A stretch of 64,000 nucleotides of DNA from positions 502,712 through 566,711 of the forward strand of contig JBAZYF010000001.1 in the NCBI GenBank assembly GCA_041659505.1, given 5' to 3'. Position numbers and translations under genes: made by a program. Positions 37,337 to 46,050 of this stretch are shown here, piece by piece; position 1 is the stretch's first letter; the number at the start of each line of letters is the position of its first letter. Origin of the DNA: Parcubacteria group bacterium (GTDB taxonomy: Bacteria; Patescibacteriota; Minisyncoccia; Moranbacterales; UBA2206). Under the pieces are notes generated by a model. That model made no database searches. It was not told where the DNA came from and saw only the letters and a program-made list of their open reading frames with translations.

Positions 37337-38422
37337 ATGTCTGATGTAAACAAAAGAAATGCCGTTATTTACAAAATATTGACGGATTTTCTTGAGCGAA
37401 CTGGAAAATACAATTTTTTGCCACCATTCAGCATTGAAGAAGTGGAAATTTTGTTCAATACTTCAATATGGGGGCACAGGGAAATCGTACTGACAATAAT
37501 ACTCGCAAGACTTTTTGATCCAAAATTTAAAGCATCAAAAAATTTCTATTCTTGTAATCCAAGATCGATTTTTGAAAAACCAATCAGGAAAGCATTAAGA
37601 GAGTATGGAGTACCTCATAGAAAATCAGGACCATTGAATGTTGCAAAGAACACAGAGAAAATTAATAAGGACTGGGCAGCAAACAAGCATGAAGAAAAAA
37701 TTGCGATGACTGTTGTCGGGTTGGTTAAAAAAATTGAAGCCGTGCCATACGCAGAATTGGGAAAGTTTGCTTTAGCATATGTTGCGCGATACAAACAAGA
37801 GGCAAAAAGAATTAAGGAAATGGAAATAAAATTGGAACCAAAAGAAAACCCAATTTTTATTTCTAAATTGTGCATTGATCTCGTTAATTCTGTTCCTGAT
37901 GGTGGCGCAATCCCGCAGATGATTTCAGGCTTACTTATGGAAGTAAAAAATCAAGACAGAAAATGTGCCGTTGAAGTTATCGGACACTTAGATAGTGTAT
38001 CAGCCACAAATACTACTAGCAAAAAGCCTGGCGATATAGTTGAAAAAATAACTGGCGATTCTGAACTTATTTATGAAGTGACGACTAAGGGTTTCACAGA
38101 TGACAGATTAATAGAATCCCATGAATCCGTAATGGTATATGATAAAAATATAAAGGATGTTTTTGTTATATGTAGACCGAAAGATATTCCAGAAACATTA
38201 ACCACTGCAAGCAATTCGTACATTATGGCGACTACTCAATATAAAGAATTAGCTTACTATTTCATAAATATCTATGACTTCATCCAATCTTCGCTATTAT
38301 TTTTAACTCCAAAAAGTAGGAGATTATTTTATAGCAAATTAGTTGATTATGTAAATGAAACAAATACTTCAGAAAAAGTAAAGAAGTTTTTCAAACAATG
38401 GCACACTGAAAATTTGTTATAG
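37337..38422 (+). CDS. hypothetical protein; candidate restriction endonuclease partner of adjacent C5-MTase
   Basis: convergent with and overlapping (6 nt) the MTase gene; no recognisable motif. Confidence 0.3.
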   Translation: MSDVNKRNAVIYKILTDFLERTGKYNFLPPFSIEEVEILFNTSIWGHREIVLTIILARLFDPKFKASKNFYSCNPRSIFEKPIRKALREYGVPHRKSGPLNVAKNTEKINKDWAANKHEEKIAMTVVGLVKKIEAVPYAELGKFALAYVARYKQEAKRIKEMEIKLEPKENPIFISKLCIDLVNSVPDGGAIPQMISGLLMEVKNQDRKCAVEVIGHLDSVSATNTTSKKPGDIVEKITGDSELIYEVTTKGFTDDRLIESHESVMVYDKNIKDVFVICRPKDIPETLTTASNSYIMATTQYKELAYYFINIYDFIQSSLLFLTPKSRRLFYSKLVDYVNETNTSEKVKKFFKQWHTENLL

Positions 38423-39481
38423 GTTAAAATCTTCCATTGAATCACTTAAGGCCGATGCAACAGCATGAGCTAAATCACATGGAACAGCATTTCCTATTTG
38501 ATGGTATATTGAATTATCCTTTCCGAAAAATTTATAATCGTTGGGGAATGTTTGAATCAATGCCGCTTCTTTTGTTGTAATTCTTCTCAAGTGATTCGGA
38601 ACACAAATGTCGTTTGTCTTTTTTCCGCTAGATAATAATTTATGGTACTTTTCAATCCAATTCTTCCCATCATTAAAAGCGTGATCTTCATCAATTATAG
38701 GTGTCCTGTTTCCTCCCATTGAAGCAGGAAGGGTGTTTGAGTGTCCCATTATATCAATAGGTCTCCCAGCTCCGTTAAAAAGCATCCCGGCATATGGCGA
38801 CCTTCTCATTATGGGGTCACGAGCAAGAGTTATTTTCGCATTACATGTTTTTGGATTAACAGATGTCCCCATTGGCCCTAGTCCCTTTAATATGTCTATT
38901 ACCCTAGGCGCGCTCCGTTTATATTTTTCGAGATATTCAACAAACCTTTTGGATTCTTTTTTTGAATTTTCTTTTTTAATGCCAACAAAAAACATCCTTT
39001 CTCTTTTTTGTGGTACTCCGAAATGTGTCGCATTGAGTAATACTAACTCGGCATCATAACCTAAATCCCATGCTCTCTTAAATAACATGTTTCGAACTGG
39101 TTGCCATTTATCTAGGACTGCGAGTGCTTTAACATTTTCTAGGACAAATGCTTTTGGATTAACTTTTTCAATAACATCCATAAAACTGAAAATTAGCTTG
39201 CTCCTTTCATCATTTGGATCCATTTTGCCTGCGACAGAAAACCCCTGACATGGAGGGCCACCAAATACAAGATCAATGTTTTTAAAATCTGAAAGTTGAT
39301 CTATGTAATTTCTAATATCCCCGCATTCTATAATGCCGGTATGATTTGCAGAGTATGTGTTACAAGCATCTGAATCTATCTCATTTGCCCATACAACATT
39401 AAAACCAGCACGCGAAAAGCCAACATCCATTCCGCCAGCTCCAGTAAATAGTGATATTGATTTTCTTTTATTTTTTTTCAT
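38417..39481 (-). CDS. DNA (cytosine-5)-methyltransferase
   Basis: motif I 'FTGAGGMDVGF', motif IV 'GGPPCQGFSVAGK', 'ENV' motif VI. Confidence 0.85.
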   Translation of the reverse strand: MKKNKRKSISLFTGAGGMDVGFSRAGFNVVWANEIDSDACNTYSANHTGIIECGDIRNYIDQLSDFKNIDLVFGGPPCQGFSVAGKMDPNDERSKLIFSFMDVIEKVNPKAFVLENVKALAVLDKWQPVRNMLFKRAWDLGYDAELVLLNATHFGVPQKRERMFFVGIKKENSKKESKRFVEYLEKYKRSAPRVIDILKGLGPMGTSVNPKTCNAKITLARDPIMRRSPYAGMLFNGAGRPIDIMGHSNTLPASMGGNRTPIIDEDHAFNDGKNWIEKYHKLLSSGKKTNDICVPNHLRRITTKEAALIQTFPNDYKFFGKDNSIYHQIGNAVPCDLAHAVASALSDSMEDFNL

Positions 39482-39495
39482 ATTTAAATTCTTGA

Positions 39496-40095
39496 TTATT
39501 CTAGATTATAGGAAATCACTCCTTTTACTAAACCTTCAACCTTAAAATCTTCTGTTGCTAAGAATGGTTCAAACTTTTCATTTATTGAAAATAGCCAAAT
39601 GTGATCTTTTTCTTTTCTGATTTTTTTAATTAATGCTCCACCATTGTTTACGCAAACAACAATGTCGCCATTATCAAAATTATTGGTCTTTTTTGTAATA
39701 ACTAGATCACCGTTATTTATTTTTGGATACATTGAATCTCCCTTTGCTTTTACTAAAAATGAATCTGCGGAAGAAACTAATTTTCTTGAGAGAGGTATTC
39801 TATCAACAGGGCTTCCATCAAGTATGCTTTCTCCTGGACCACAGTGGGCGAGTCCGTAAAGGTTTAAGAAGATAATTTTTTTATCGGGTGAATCAGCAAT
39901 TATTTCATAATCTTGTGGATTATTAGGATTTCTTTTTAGAAATCCATTTTTTTCGAGTTGTAATATGTGGTGATGGACTAAGCTTGTAGAGGATACATCG
40001 AGTTTTTCTTGTAGCTCTCTAATTGTTAGGGGGTCATCGAAGTGCTCTTTAAGTAGTTCGAGTAGCTTTTTTTGTGTAGAATGTAGTGTTTTCAT
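39496..40095 (-). CDS. LexA-like repressor (wHTH + S24 peptidase), paralog 1
   Basis: N-terminal wHTH 'LTIRELQEKLDVSSTSLVHHHILQLEKNGFL', Ala-Gly-like cleavage region 'LAHCGPG', 'KGDSMYP' Ser and downstream Lys. Confidence 0.7.
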   Translation of the reverse strand: MKTLHSTQKKLLELLKEHFDDPLTIRELQEKLDVSSTSLVHHHILQLEKNGFLKRNPNNPQDYEIIADSPDKKIIFLNLYGLAHCGPGESILDGSPVDRIPLSRKLVSSADSFLVKAKGDSMYPKINNGDLVITKKTNNFDNGDIVVCVNNGGALIKKIRKEKDHIWLFSINEKFEPFLATEDFKVEGLVKGVISYNLE

Positions 40096-40137
40096 ATTTT
40101 TATTATATCATGTGAATAAGATGTGCACAAGAACATC

Positions 40138-40166
40138 TTGACCTGTTCGGGTATTTGTTCTATACT
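40138..40166 (+). promoter_or_regulatory. sigma70-like promoter TTGACC-N17-TATACT driving the CBASS-like operon; overlapped by dyad symmetries (AGATGT-N8-ACATCT, GAACA-N8-TGTTC at 40119-40148)
   Basis: hexamers and spacing seen directly; palindromes overlap the -35. Confidence 0.45.
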
Positions 40167-40200
40167 CCCAATATAACACATTTTTAAGTTCTGTGTAAAT

Positions 40201-41376
40201 ATGACAAAAAAACTAGGAGATAAAAATAAAATCAACGCTATTACAGAGACAACGCGTTCAATAAACAATGAAACTAAACTGCTTCTTGCTGTCAAATCAG
40301 GCGGACGCTGTGAGTTTTTCGGCTGTAATGACTATCTTTTTTCAGATAAAATAACGAAAAAAAATATCAAATGGGGCGAGTTTGCTCACATTTATGCGTT
40401 TAAGGAAGATGGCCCAAGAGGAAACAAAAAATTACGACCAGATAATATCAACGACGTTGATAATTTGATGTTATTATGCCCATCATGTCATACAAAAATT
40501 GATAAAATGAAAAATTTACCCTTTTATACTGTAGAGATTTTGCGAAAACAAAAGAAAGAGCACGAAGACCGCATAAAATTAGTATCTGGATTTAAAAACA
40601 CTAACAAGACTAAAGCTCTGGGTATGAGCGTAAGCATTGAAAATGAAGCAATCTGTGTGTCTGAAGATGAAATCACGGAAGCTTTAATGGCTGAAAGCCG
40701 ATATCAATATCAAGAAAAGCCCAACATGATTGATTTTTCCAATGTTCCTTCTGAAAACACTCAGCTTTATTGGAAATCAAAATGTAAGGATATTAATATA
40801 ATGACTGAGAAATTTTATGAGCAATTAAAAAGAGATGGCTTGGAGCATGTTTCAGTTTTTGCAATTGGTCCAATCCCATTGCTGGTATATTTGGGGTCAA
40901 AATTGGAAAACAAAATAAAGACTCAGCTTTTTCAGCGTCATCGAGACAGTGAAAGCTGGAAATGGAATGATGGCGTTGGCAAGGTCGGTTATAAGTTGAA
41001 TATTATCAATGGAAAGGACAAAAGCAAAGTAGCTTTAGTGCTTTCTTTAAGCGGTAAAATACATCAAGCTCATCTGCCAAAAAAGATTGACGGGGGTTTT
41101 TATGTTTATGAAATTACACTTGATAACCAAGAACCAAATTTTTATTTTTTGAAATCAAAAGATGATCTAGACAGATTTGGCCACATATATTCCAAAACAT
41201 TAAGTGAAATTAGAAATGGGCATCCAAAACTCAAAGAAATTCATTTATTTTCTGCCATACCAGCGCCAATCGCGGTTGTTTGTGGCAGAGCGTTGAATCG
41301 AAAGGCAGATACTTCATTCAAGATTTATAACCCAACAAATGGTGCCCAATTTAAATATGCTTTAAAAATTAATTAA
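40201..41376 (+). CDS. HNH endonuclease fused to C-terminal sensor-like domain (Cap5-like HNH-SAVED CBASS effector candidate)
   Basis: N-terminal 'CEFFGCND...HIYAF...NLMLLCPSCHTKID' HNH motif; about 250-aa C-terminal domain unassigned by eye; immediately upstream of CD-NTase. Confidence 0.45.
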   Translation: MTKKLGDKNKINAITETTRSINNETKLLLAVKSGGRCEFFGCNDYLFSDKITKKNIKWGEFAHIYAFKEDGPRGNKKLRPDNINDVDNLMLLCPSCHTKIDKMKNLPFYTVEILRKQKKEHEDRIKLVSGFKNTNKTKALGMSVSIENEAICVSEDEITEALMAESRYQYQEKPNMIDFSNVPSENTQLYWKSKCKDINIMTEKFYEQLKRDGLEHVSVFAIGPIPLLVYLGSKLENKIKTQLFQRHRDSESWKWNDGVGKVGYKLNIINGKDKSKVALVLSLSGKIHQAHLPKKIDGGFYVYEITLDNQEPNFYFLKSKDDLDRFGHIYSKTLSEIRNGHPKLKEIHLFSAIPAPIAVVCGRALNRKADTSFKIYNPTNGAQFKYALKIN

Positions 41377-41382
41377 AATAAC

Positions 41383-42285
41383 ATGAAAACACAAGAATAC
41401 CTAGAAAAAGTTTTAAAACTTCAAACATTAGATGAAAAAAGCGAGGAAATTAAGGCTCTTCGTTCAGAGCGGGATAAGGTTGAGAATCTTCTAAGAACCC
41501 ATTTTGAGGATGTTCCAATATCAATTCAATATGCTGGCTCTTACAAGAAAGGCACAATGATAAGGGAAAGTTATGATCTTGATATGACTTGTTATTTTAA
41601 TAATGGGGATGATTCTGGCGGTGCGACACTAGAAGAAATATTTTCAAATGTTCAGCAGGCCCTTGCGTCCGAATATCATGTTTACCCAAAAAGATCAGCT
41701 TTAAGACTGCAAAGTAAGGATTCTGAAAATAGGGTTGATTTTCATATTGATGTTATTCCTGGGAGATTTGTTGATGGCGATAAGGGTGATGTCTATATTT
41801 TTCAAGCGGAAGGTGAAAAAGATAGATTGAAAACCAATCTTGAAAAGCATGTAAATCATATTACTGGGAGCAAATTAATTGACACAATTCGCCTTGTAAA
41901 GCTTTGGAAGGAATTGAATCAACTAGACGCCAAAACGTTTATTATAGAATTGTTGGTGATAAAGCTTCTGGAGGATACGACAGATAGCAATGGTTTAGAT
42001 GTATGCTTTGAAAGTTTTTTAACTGAAGTTATAGAAAAAATCGACAATATAGCACTTGAAGATCCCGCAAACCCATCTGGCAATGATCTCTCTGGGATAC
42101 TAAGTGAAGGTGTTAAGGCTGGCTTGAAATCTTTAGCAGAAAAGATTTTGATTTCAATTGAGAATGAAAGGTGGAAGGATATTTTTGGAGAAGTTGAGGA
42201 GGCTGATGATGAGGAAAAAAAACGAGCAATCAACGAGGCGAGACAATCTAATTCTGTTCCAATTAATCCTTGGTGTGTCCTATGA
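41383..42285 (+). CDS. cGAS/DncV-like nucleotidyltransferase (CD-NTase / SMODS)
   Basis: 'GSYKKGTMIRESYDLDM' (GS-x10-DhD), third Asp in 'VDFHIDVIPG', 'IRLVKLWKELNQL' matching DncV 'CRFMKAWRD' helix. Confidence 0.65.
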   Translation: MKTQEYLEKVLKLQTLDEKSEEIKALRSERDKVENLLRTHFEDVPISIQYAGSYKKGTMIRESYDLDMTCYFNNGDDSGGATLEEIFSNVQQALASEYHVYPKRSALRLQSKDSENRVDFHIDVIPGRFVDGDKGDVYIFQAEGEKDRLKTNLEKHVNHITGSKLIDTIRLVKLWKELNQLDAKTFIIELLVIKLLEDTTDSNGLDVCFESFLTEVIEKIDNIALEDPANPSGNDLSGILSEGVKAGLKSLAEKILISIENERWKDIFGEVEEADDEEKKRAINEARQSNSVPINPWCVL

Positions 42286-43019
42286 AACCTTGGTTTTTAG
42301 AAAATCCGACGCTACTTGATGAACTTAAAATTCTTATTGATTTAAAATATGCTACCCTAAACACTAGCATAGAGAACGCAGTTGTTTATATTCGAGGCAC
42401 TTTATTTATTAAGAGTCTGGAGGGTAAAGAGCTGGGACGCTATAAAATAGAAATCATAATCCCAGACGATTATCCAAATTCAGCTCCGATCTTAAGAGAA
42501 ACTGGGGATAAGTTTAATAAAGTTGCAGATAGGCACTTCAATGCGATAGATAACACCGCATGTCTGTTTTTCAGAGATGCTAAATACAAGTATTTCCCAA
42601 AAGGATCAAGCATAGTTGATTTTATAGAAGGGCCAATTAAGAACTTTTTTCTTTGGCAAATAGATTATGATTTAAATGGAGGCAAATCAAGCCTGGGAGG
42701 ATTGGATCATGGTACTTTTGGATTAATTCAATTTTATAAAGAAGAACTGGGTGTAAACGATGAAGAATCGGTGTTTAGATTTCTAGTCCTTTTTGATAGC
42801 AAGGTTGTCCCGAGAGCTAAAAAATGCTTTTGCGGTAGTGGTAGCCTATTAAAAGATTGCCATATACAGAAGTTCAGAGCTTTAAAACAAAGCATACCCA
42901 GAAAAGACGCAAAAAAATCCCTAAATGAATTGAGGGATTATATGGATAGAATGCAGAGCCTAAAACAAAAATATGGAAAAGAGGCAGTAGACGGTGCAGT
43001 TAAGCAGATTAGAGGTTAA
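42282..43019 (+). CDS. E2 (UBC-fold)-like protein, candidate Cap2-type partner (type II-short CBASS)
   Basis: 'IPDDYPNSAPIL' (YPxxPP-like) then 'RHFNAIDNTACLFF' (HxN...C) resembling the E2 active-site region; ATGA start/stop overlap with CD-NTase. Confidence 0.35.
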   Translation: MKPWFLENPTLLDELKILIDLKYATLNTSIENAVVYIRGTLFIKSLEGKELGRYKIEIIIPDDYPNSAPILRETGDKFNKVADRHFNAIDNTACLFFRDAKYKYFPKGSSIVDFIEGPIKNFFLWQIDYDLNGGKSSLGGLDHGTFGLIQFYKEELGVNDEESVFRFLVLFDSKVVPRAKKCFCGSGSLLKDCHIQKFRALKQSIPRKDAKKSLNELRDYMDRMQSLKQKYGKEAVDGAVKQIRG

Positions 43020-43176
43020 AACCAGCACTTCTCTCCATAAATCCAGTTCTAACCGCATTAACTAAGTAGCTCAGATAAAAATAGTCCCTATTTAGGGGGC
43101 TATTTTTTATACCCATAAAGACAGCTCAGATTTTTTGTGGTAATATTGAAATGTAATTTAATCATAATAAAAAAAT

Positions 43177-43884
43177 ATGGAGTTTTGGCAAACAAGTATA
43201 GTATATATATTAATTTTTGCAGTTGTACTTTCAAGTGCAATATGGGCTTATATTGATGCAAATAGAATTAATTCCGAAAAATATGAGGCTTGTGGCATAG
43301 GGACTAATAAACCCTTTTGGATAGCACTAATTATTTGTTTTTTATGGATACTTGCCTTTCCAATGTATCTTATTTGGAGACAAAAAATTATTGAAGGAAA
43401 ATGTCCGCAAAAAAAAGAACTAGAAGTAAAATCAGAGAGCGAAATGCAGAATGAAAAAAAGGAAATAATTTTAAAGCCAACTGCCCTAGCTTTTATTTTA
43501 GGGATATCTATTCCGATAATTACCATGATAATGTTAGGCGAAATGAATTCTAGAGTTGTAATTGGTTTGGGAGGGTTCACCTTAACTCTCCCCTTGGCTG
43601 TTTTTTTATTTTGCTATTCAGTTTATAAATATCAAATAAAAAATGAGTTCACAATTATTAAGGGCATGATTCTGCTAATGTTTTTCATAATGATAATTAA
43701 TCTTGAGTTCCCTCGTCTTATTAGTGACGGTTCTACTGGCGATATGTCTGGGATGATGTATTTTTTATGTTCTCCTTTTGCGTTTGTGTTCGGATTGATA
43801 ATGGGGGTTTATATCATTAAAAGATTAAGATATTTAGAAAAAATTAAATATACTGCTGTTACATTTCATTCAGCAAAACAGTAG
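43177..43884 (+). CDS. polytopic membrane protein, hypothetical
   Basis: multiple TM segments; flanked by about 33-bp imperfect direct repeats (43025-43057, 43984-44016). Confidence 0.4.
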   Translation: MEFWQTSIVYILIFAVVLSSAIWAYIDANRINSEKYEACGIGTNKPFWIALIICFLWILAFPMYLIWRQKIIEGKCPQKKELEVKSESEMQNEKKEIILKPTALAFILGISIPIITMIMLGEMNSRVVIGLGGFTLTLPLAVFLFCYSVYKYQIKNEFTIIKGMILLMFFIMIINLEFPRLISDGSTGDMSGMMYFLCSPFAFVFGLIMGVYIIKRLRYLEKIKYTAVTFHSAKQ

Positions 43885-44035
43885 GGAAGAAATATTTTAA
43901 AATACCGCCAATCCTAAATTAATTTTTGATTCTACTCCAATTCAAATTTCTAAACAAATTCACTAGTAGAGATTCTAATCAATGCACTTCTCTTTAAATC
44001 CAGTCCAAATCGCTTGCACTTCCCCGCTCAATAAA

Positions 44036-44066
44036 CAAAAAACTCTCCGTTGTGGAGAGTTTTTTG
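44036..44066. terminator. bidirectional intrinsic terminator (AACTCTCC gttgt GGAGAGTT)
   Basis: stem flanked by A6 and T6. Confidence 0.6.
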
Positions 44067-44067
44067 T

Positions 44068-45384
44068 TTATGTTACGGCTCCGATAAACATCGGGATGCC
44101 TATACGTTGTCTTTTATTTTCTCCTTTGATCTGGAGTGTTTTTCGCAGAGGCGCATCGCCCCGTTCTTTCTCGTGTTGCAATGCAGAGTTGGCTAGAGAG
44201 CTTACCCCGAGGTGGACCGTGTGTTTTCCAAATTTATCATTGATCTCGTCGATGCTATGGTAGAGCTTTTTCAAGCCCTTAGCACGCAGGACTTCGCAGA
44301 ACAGATCGAGCTGTTTTGTGACATCTTCCTCGAGTTTGAAAAAGGCGATGCCGGTCGCGCGATATGAAAGGCTTTGATCAAATATCTGATCAAAATATTT
44401 TTCCACAACGTTGATGATTTCGCTGGGAATGGCCGTCGGGCGGGAAAATTGAATTTCCATTCCGGCATAGCGGAAGGATTGGAGCTTCAAGAAAAAAGTC
44501 GCATTGCGAGCGCGAAGATTATAGCGGCGTAATTTGATGCAAGCATTTTCAATATTTTTCGCTAACTGGGAAAAAATAAAATCGCGATCATTGGAAGGCG
44601 GAGTAAAAGTTCTCACTTTTTGGACTGAAGTATAGGTTGTTCGGCCAGTCACATCCAGAGGCAGAATAAATTTGCCATTAAGTTCTTGCCAGGTTTCAAT
44701 CGTCGGTTTGGTGAATTTGCGCCTGACCCACTCTTCGTCTTTATGAGCAAATTCCAAAGCGGTATTTATTCTCTCATTTTTCAGGTAAGCACCGGTCTGT
44801 GGTCCGATGCCCCAAACATCTTCTGTTTCTTTTTGAGCGAGAAATTCGTGGATTTGATAGCCAGGAATGACGGTCAGTCCTGAGGGTTTTTTCCATTTGG
44901 AACCGATTTTGGCGATGGTTTTGTTCGGTCCTAGTCCGACTGAAAAAGTAAAGCCTAATTCTCGGTCCAGATCCTGCTTGATTTTTTCGGCAATTTTCGG
45001 GTAAGACATGCGCAAGGGTCGACGCAATCCAGTGATGTCGGCAAAACATTCGTCGATACTATATTCCTCAACTTCACTCGTGTAGCGCCGGACAATCTCA
45101 AAAAAACGCTTAGAAAGCAGGCTGTAGGTTTCATAATCAGACGGAAGGATAATCGCTTCGGGACAGATTTTTTTGATCTCAAAAATTCGCATCCCTCGTC
45201 TGACGCCACGCGCTTTGGCTTCATAGCTTAAGGATGCGGCAATTCCGCGTTCTCGGCCTGTTATCACTGGTTTGCCTTTTAGTGCGGGATCGCGCGATTG
45301 CTCACAGGAGGCAAAAAAAGCATCTCCGTCGATATGGATGATAGCTCGGTTGAAAGAATTGATGCTCAAGGTTTCGTTTGGCAT
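44068..45384 (-). CDS. Y-family (UmuC/DinB-like) error-prone DNA polymerase
   Basis: 'IIHIDGDAFFASCEQ' and 'SIDECFADITG' catalytic motifs. Confidence 0.85.
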   Translation of the reverse strand: MPNETLSINSFNRAIIHIDGDAFFASCEQSRDPALKGKPVITGRERGIAASLSYEAKARGVRRGMRIFEIKKICPEAIILPSDYETYSLLSKRFFEIVRRYTSEVEEYSIDECFADITGLRRPLRMSYPKIAEKIKQDLDRELGFTFSVGLGPNKTIAKIGSKWKKPSGLTVIPGYQIHEFLAQKETEDVWGIGPQTGAYLKNERINTALEFAHKDEEWVRRKFTKPTIETWQELNGKFILPLDVTGRTTYTSVQKVRTFTPPSNDRDFIFSQLAKNIENACIKLRRYNLRARNATFFLKLQSFRYAGMEIQFSRPTAIPSEIINVVEKYFDQIFDQSLSYRATGIAFFKLEEDVTKQLDLFCEVLRAKGLKKLYHSIDEINDKFGKHTVHLGVSSLANSALQHEKERGDAPLRKTLQIKGENKRQRIGIPMFIGAVT

Positions 45385-45388
45385 CAGT

Positions 45389-45955
45389 TTAGTGGTATTT
45401 TCTGATGACGGAAATTACTACCGCAGAAATGATCAGTTCTTCTTTTGGAATGATCGGTTTGTATTTCTTGTTTGCTGGCATCAGAATTGTTTTGCCATTG
45501 AGCTTTTCCAAAAATTTCATCGTCCATTTTCCGTCTACTTCCGCGATGACAATGTCGCCATCTTTGGATGCTTTGCCCCTTTCGACTAAGACAATATCAC
45601 CCGAGCGGATGCCCGCATCAATCATCGAGTCACCGCTGACGTTTAACATATAGGTGGCTTCTTTGTTGGAAATCAGAAATTCATCGATCGTTATCGTATC
45701 AACCAGTTCTTCTTCCGCCGGAGAAGGAAAGCCAGCGGTGATTGAACCCAAAATTTTGGTTTCGCCGAACAGTTTTTTGGGCAGTAATCTGCCTTTCTCA
45801 TCTTTTGAAATCAGCTCAGCTTCGATCATTTTTTTCACCAGGCGGGTAACCGAGTTGATTGATTTGAACTTGCAAAGTCCCATTATTTCTCGATAGCTTG
45901 GCATCCGGCGATATTTTTTGTAGAATGAGAGTAGCTTTTGTTGGTAGTTTTTCAT
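45389..45955 (-). CDS. lexA: LexA repressor (paralog 2), in operon with Y-family polymerase
   Basis: wHTH N-terminus, 'ITAGFPSPAEE' cleavage region, 'VSGDSMIDAGI' Ser and 'KASKDGDIVIAEVDGKWTMK' Lys. Confidence 0.8.
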   Translation of the reverse strand: MKNYQQKLLSFYKKYRRMPSYREIMGLCKFKSINSVTRLVKKMIEAELISKDEKGRLLPKKLFGETKILGSITAGFPSPAEEELVDTITIDEFLISNKEATYMLNVSGDSMIDAGIRSGDIVLVERGKASKDGDIVIAEVDGKWTMKFLEKLNGKTILMPANKKYKPIIPKEELIISAVVISVIRKYH

Positions 45956-45990
45956 AGGGCTGTATTATTTGATGTCTAGCTTTATTATAC

Positions 45991-46006
45991 GTGTACAAAT
46001 GTACAC
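45991..46006. promoter_or_regulatory. candidate LexA operator GTGTAC-AAAT-GTACAC (GTAC-N4-GTAC palindrome)
   Basis: perfect dyad in the 95-bp region between divergent lexA and SRAP genes. Confidence 0.45.
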
Positions 46007-46050
46007 TCGTCAAGTAGGGTGTCCCTAATCATCTAACAGAGCCTAAATAT

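Noticed and set aside
34840-37400. attR (direct repeat of tRNA-Gly 3' end) for the recombinase element
   Set aside because: Could not find a convincing copy of GGTTCGATTCCCGTTACCCGC or its 3' half by eye, so the right boundary is left undetermined.
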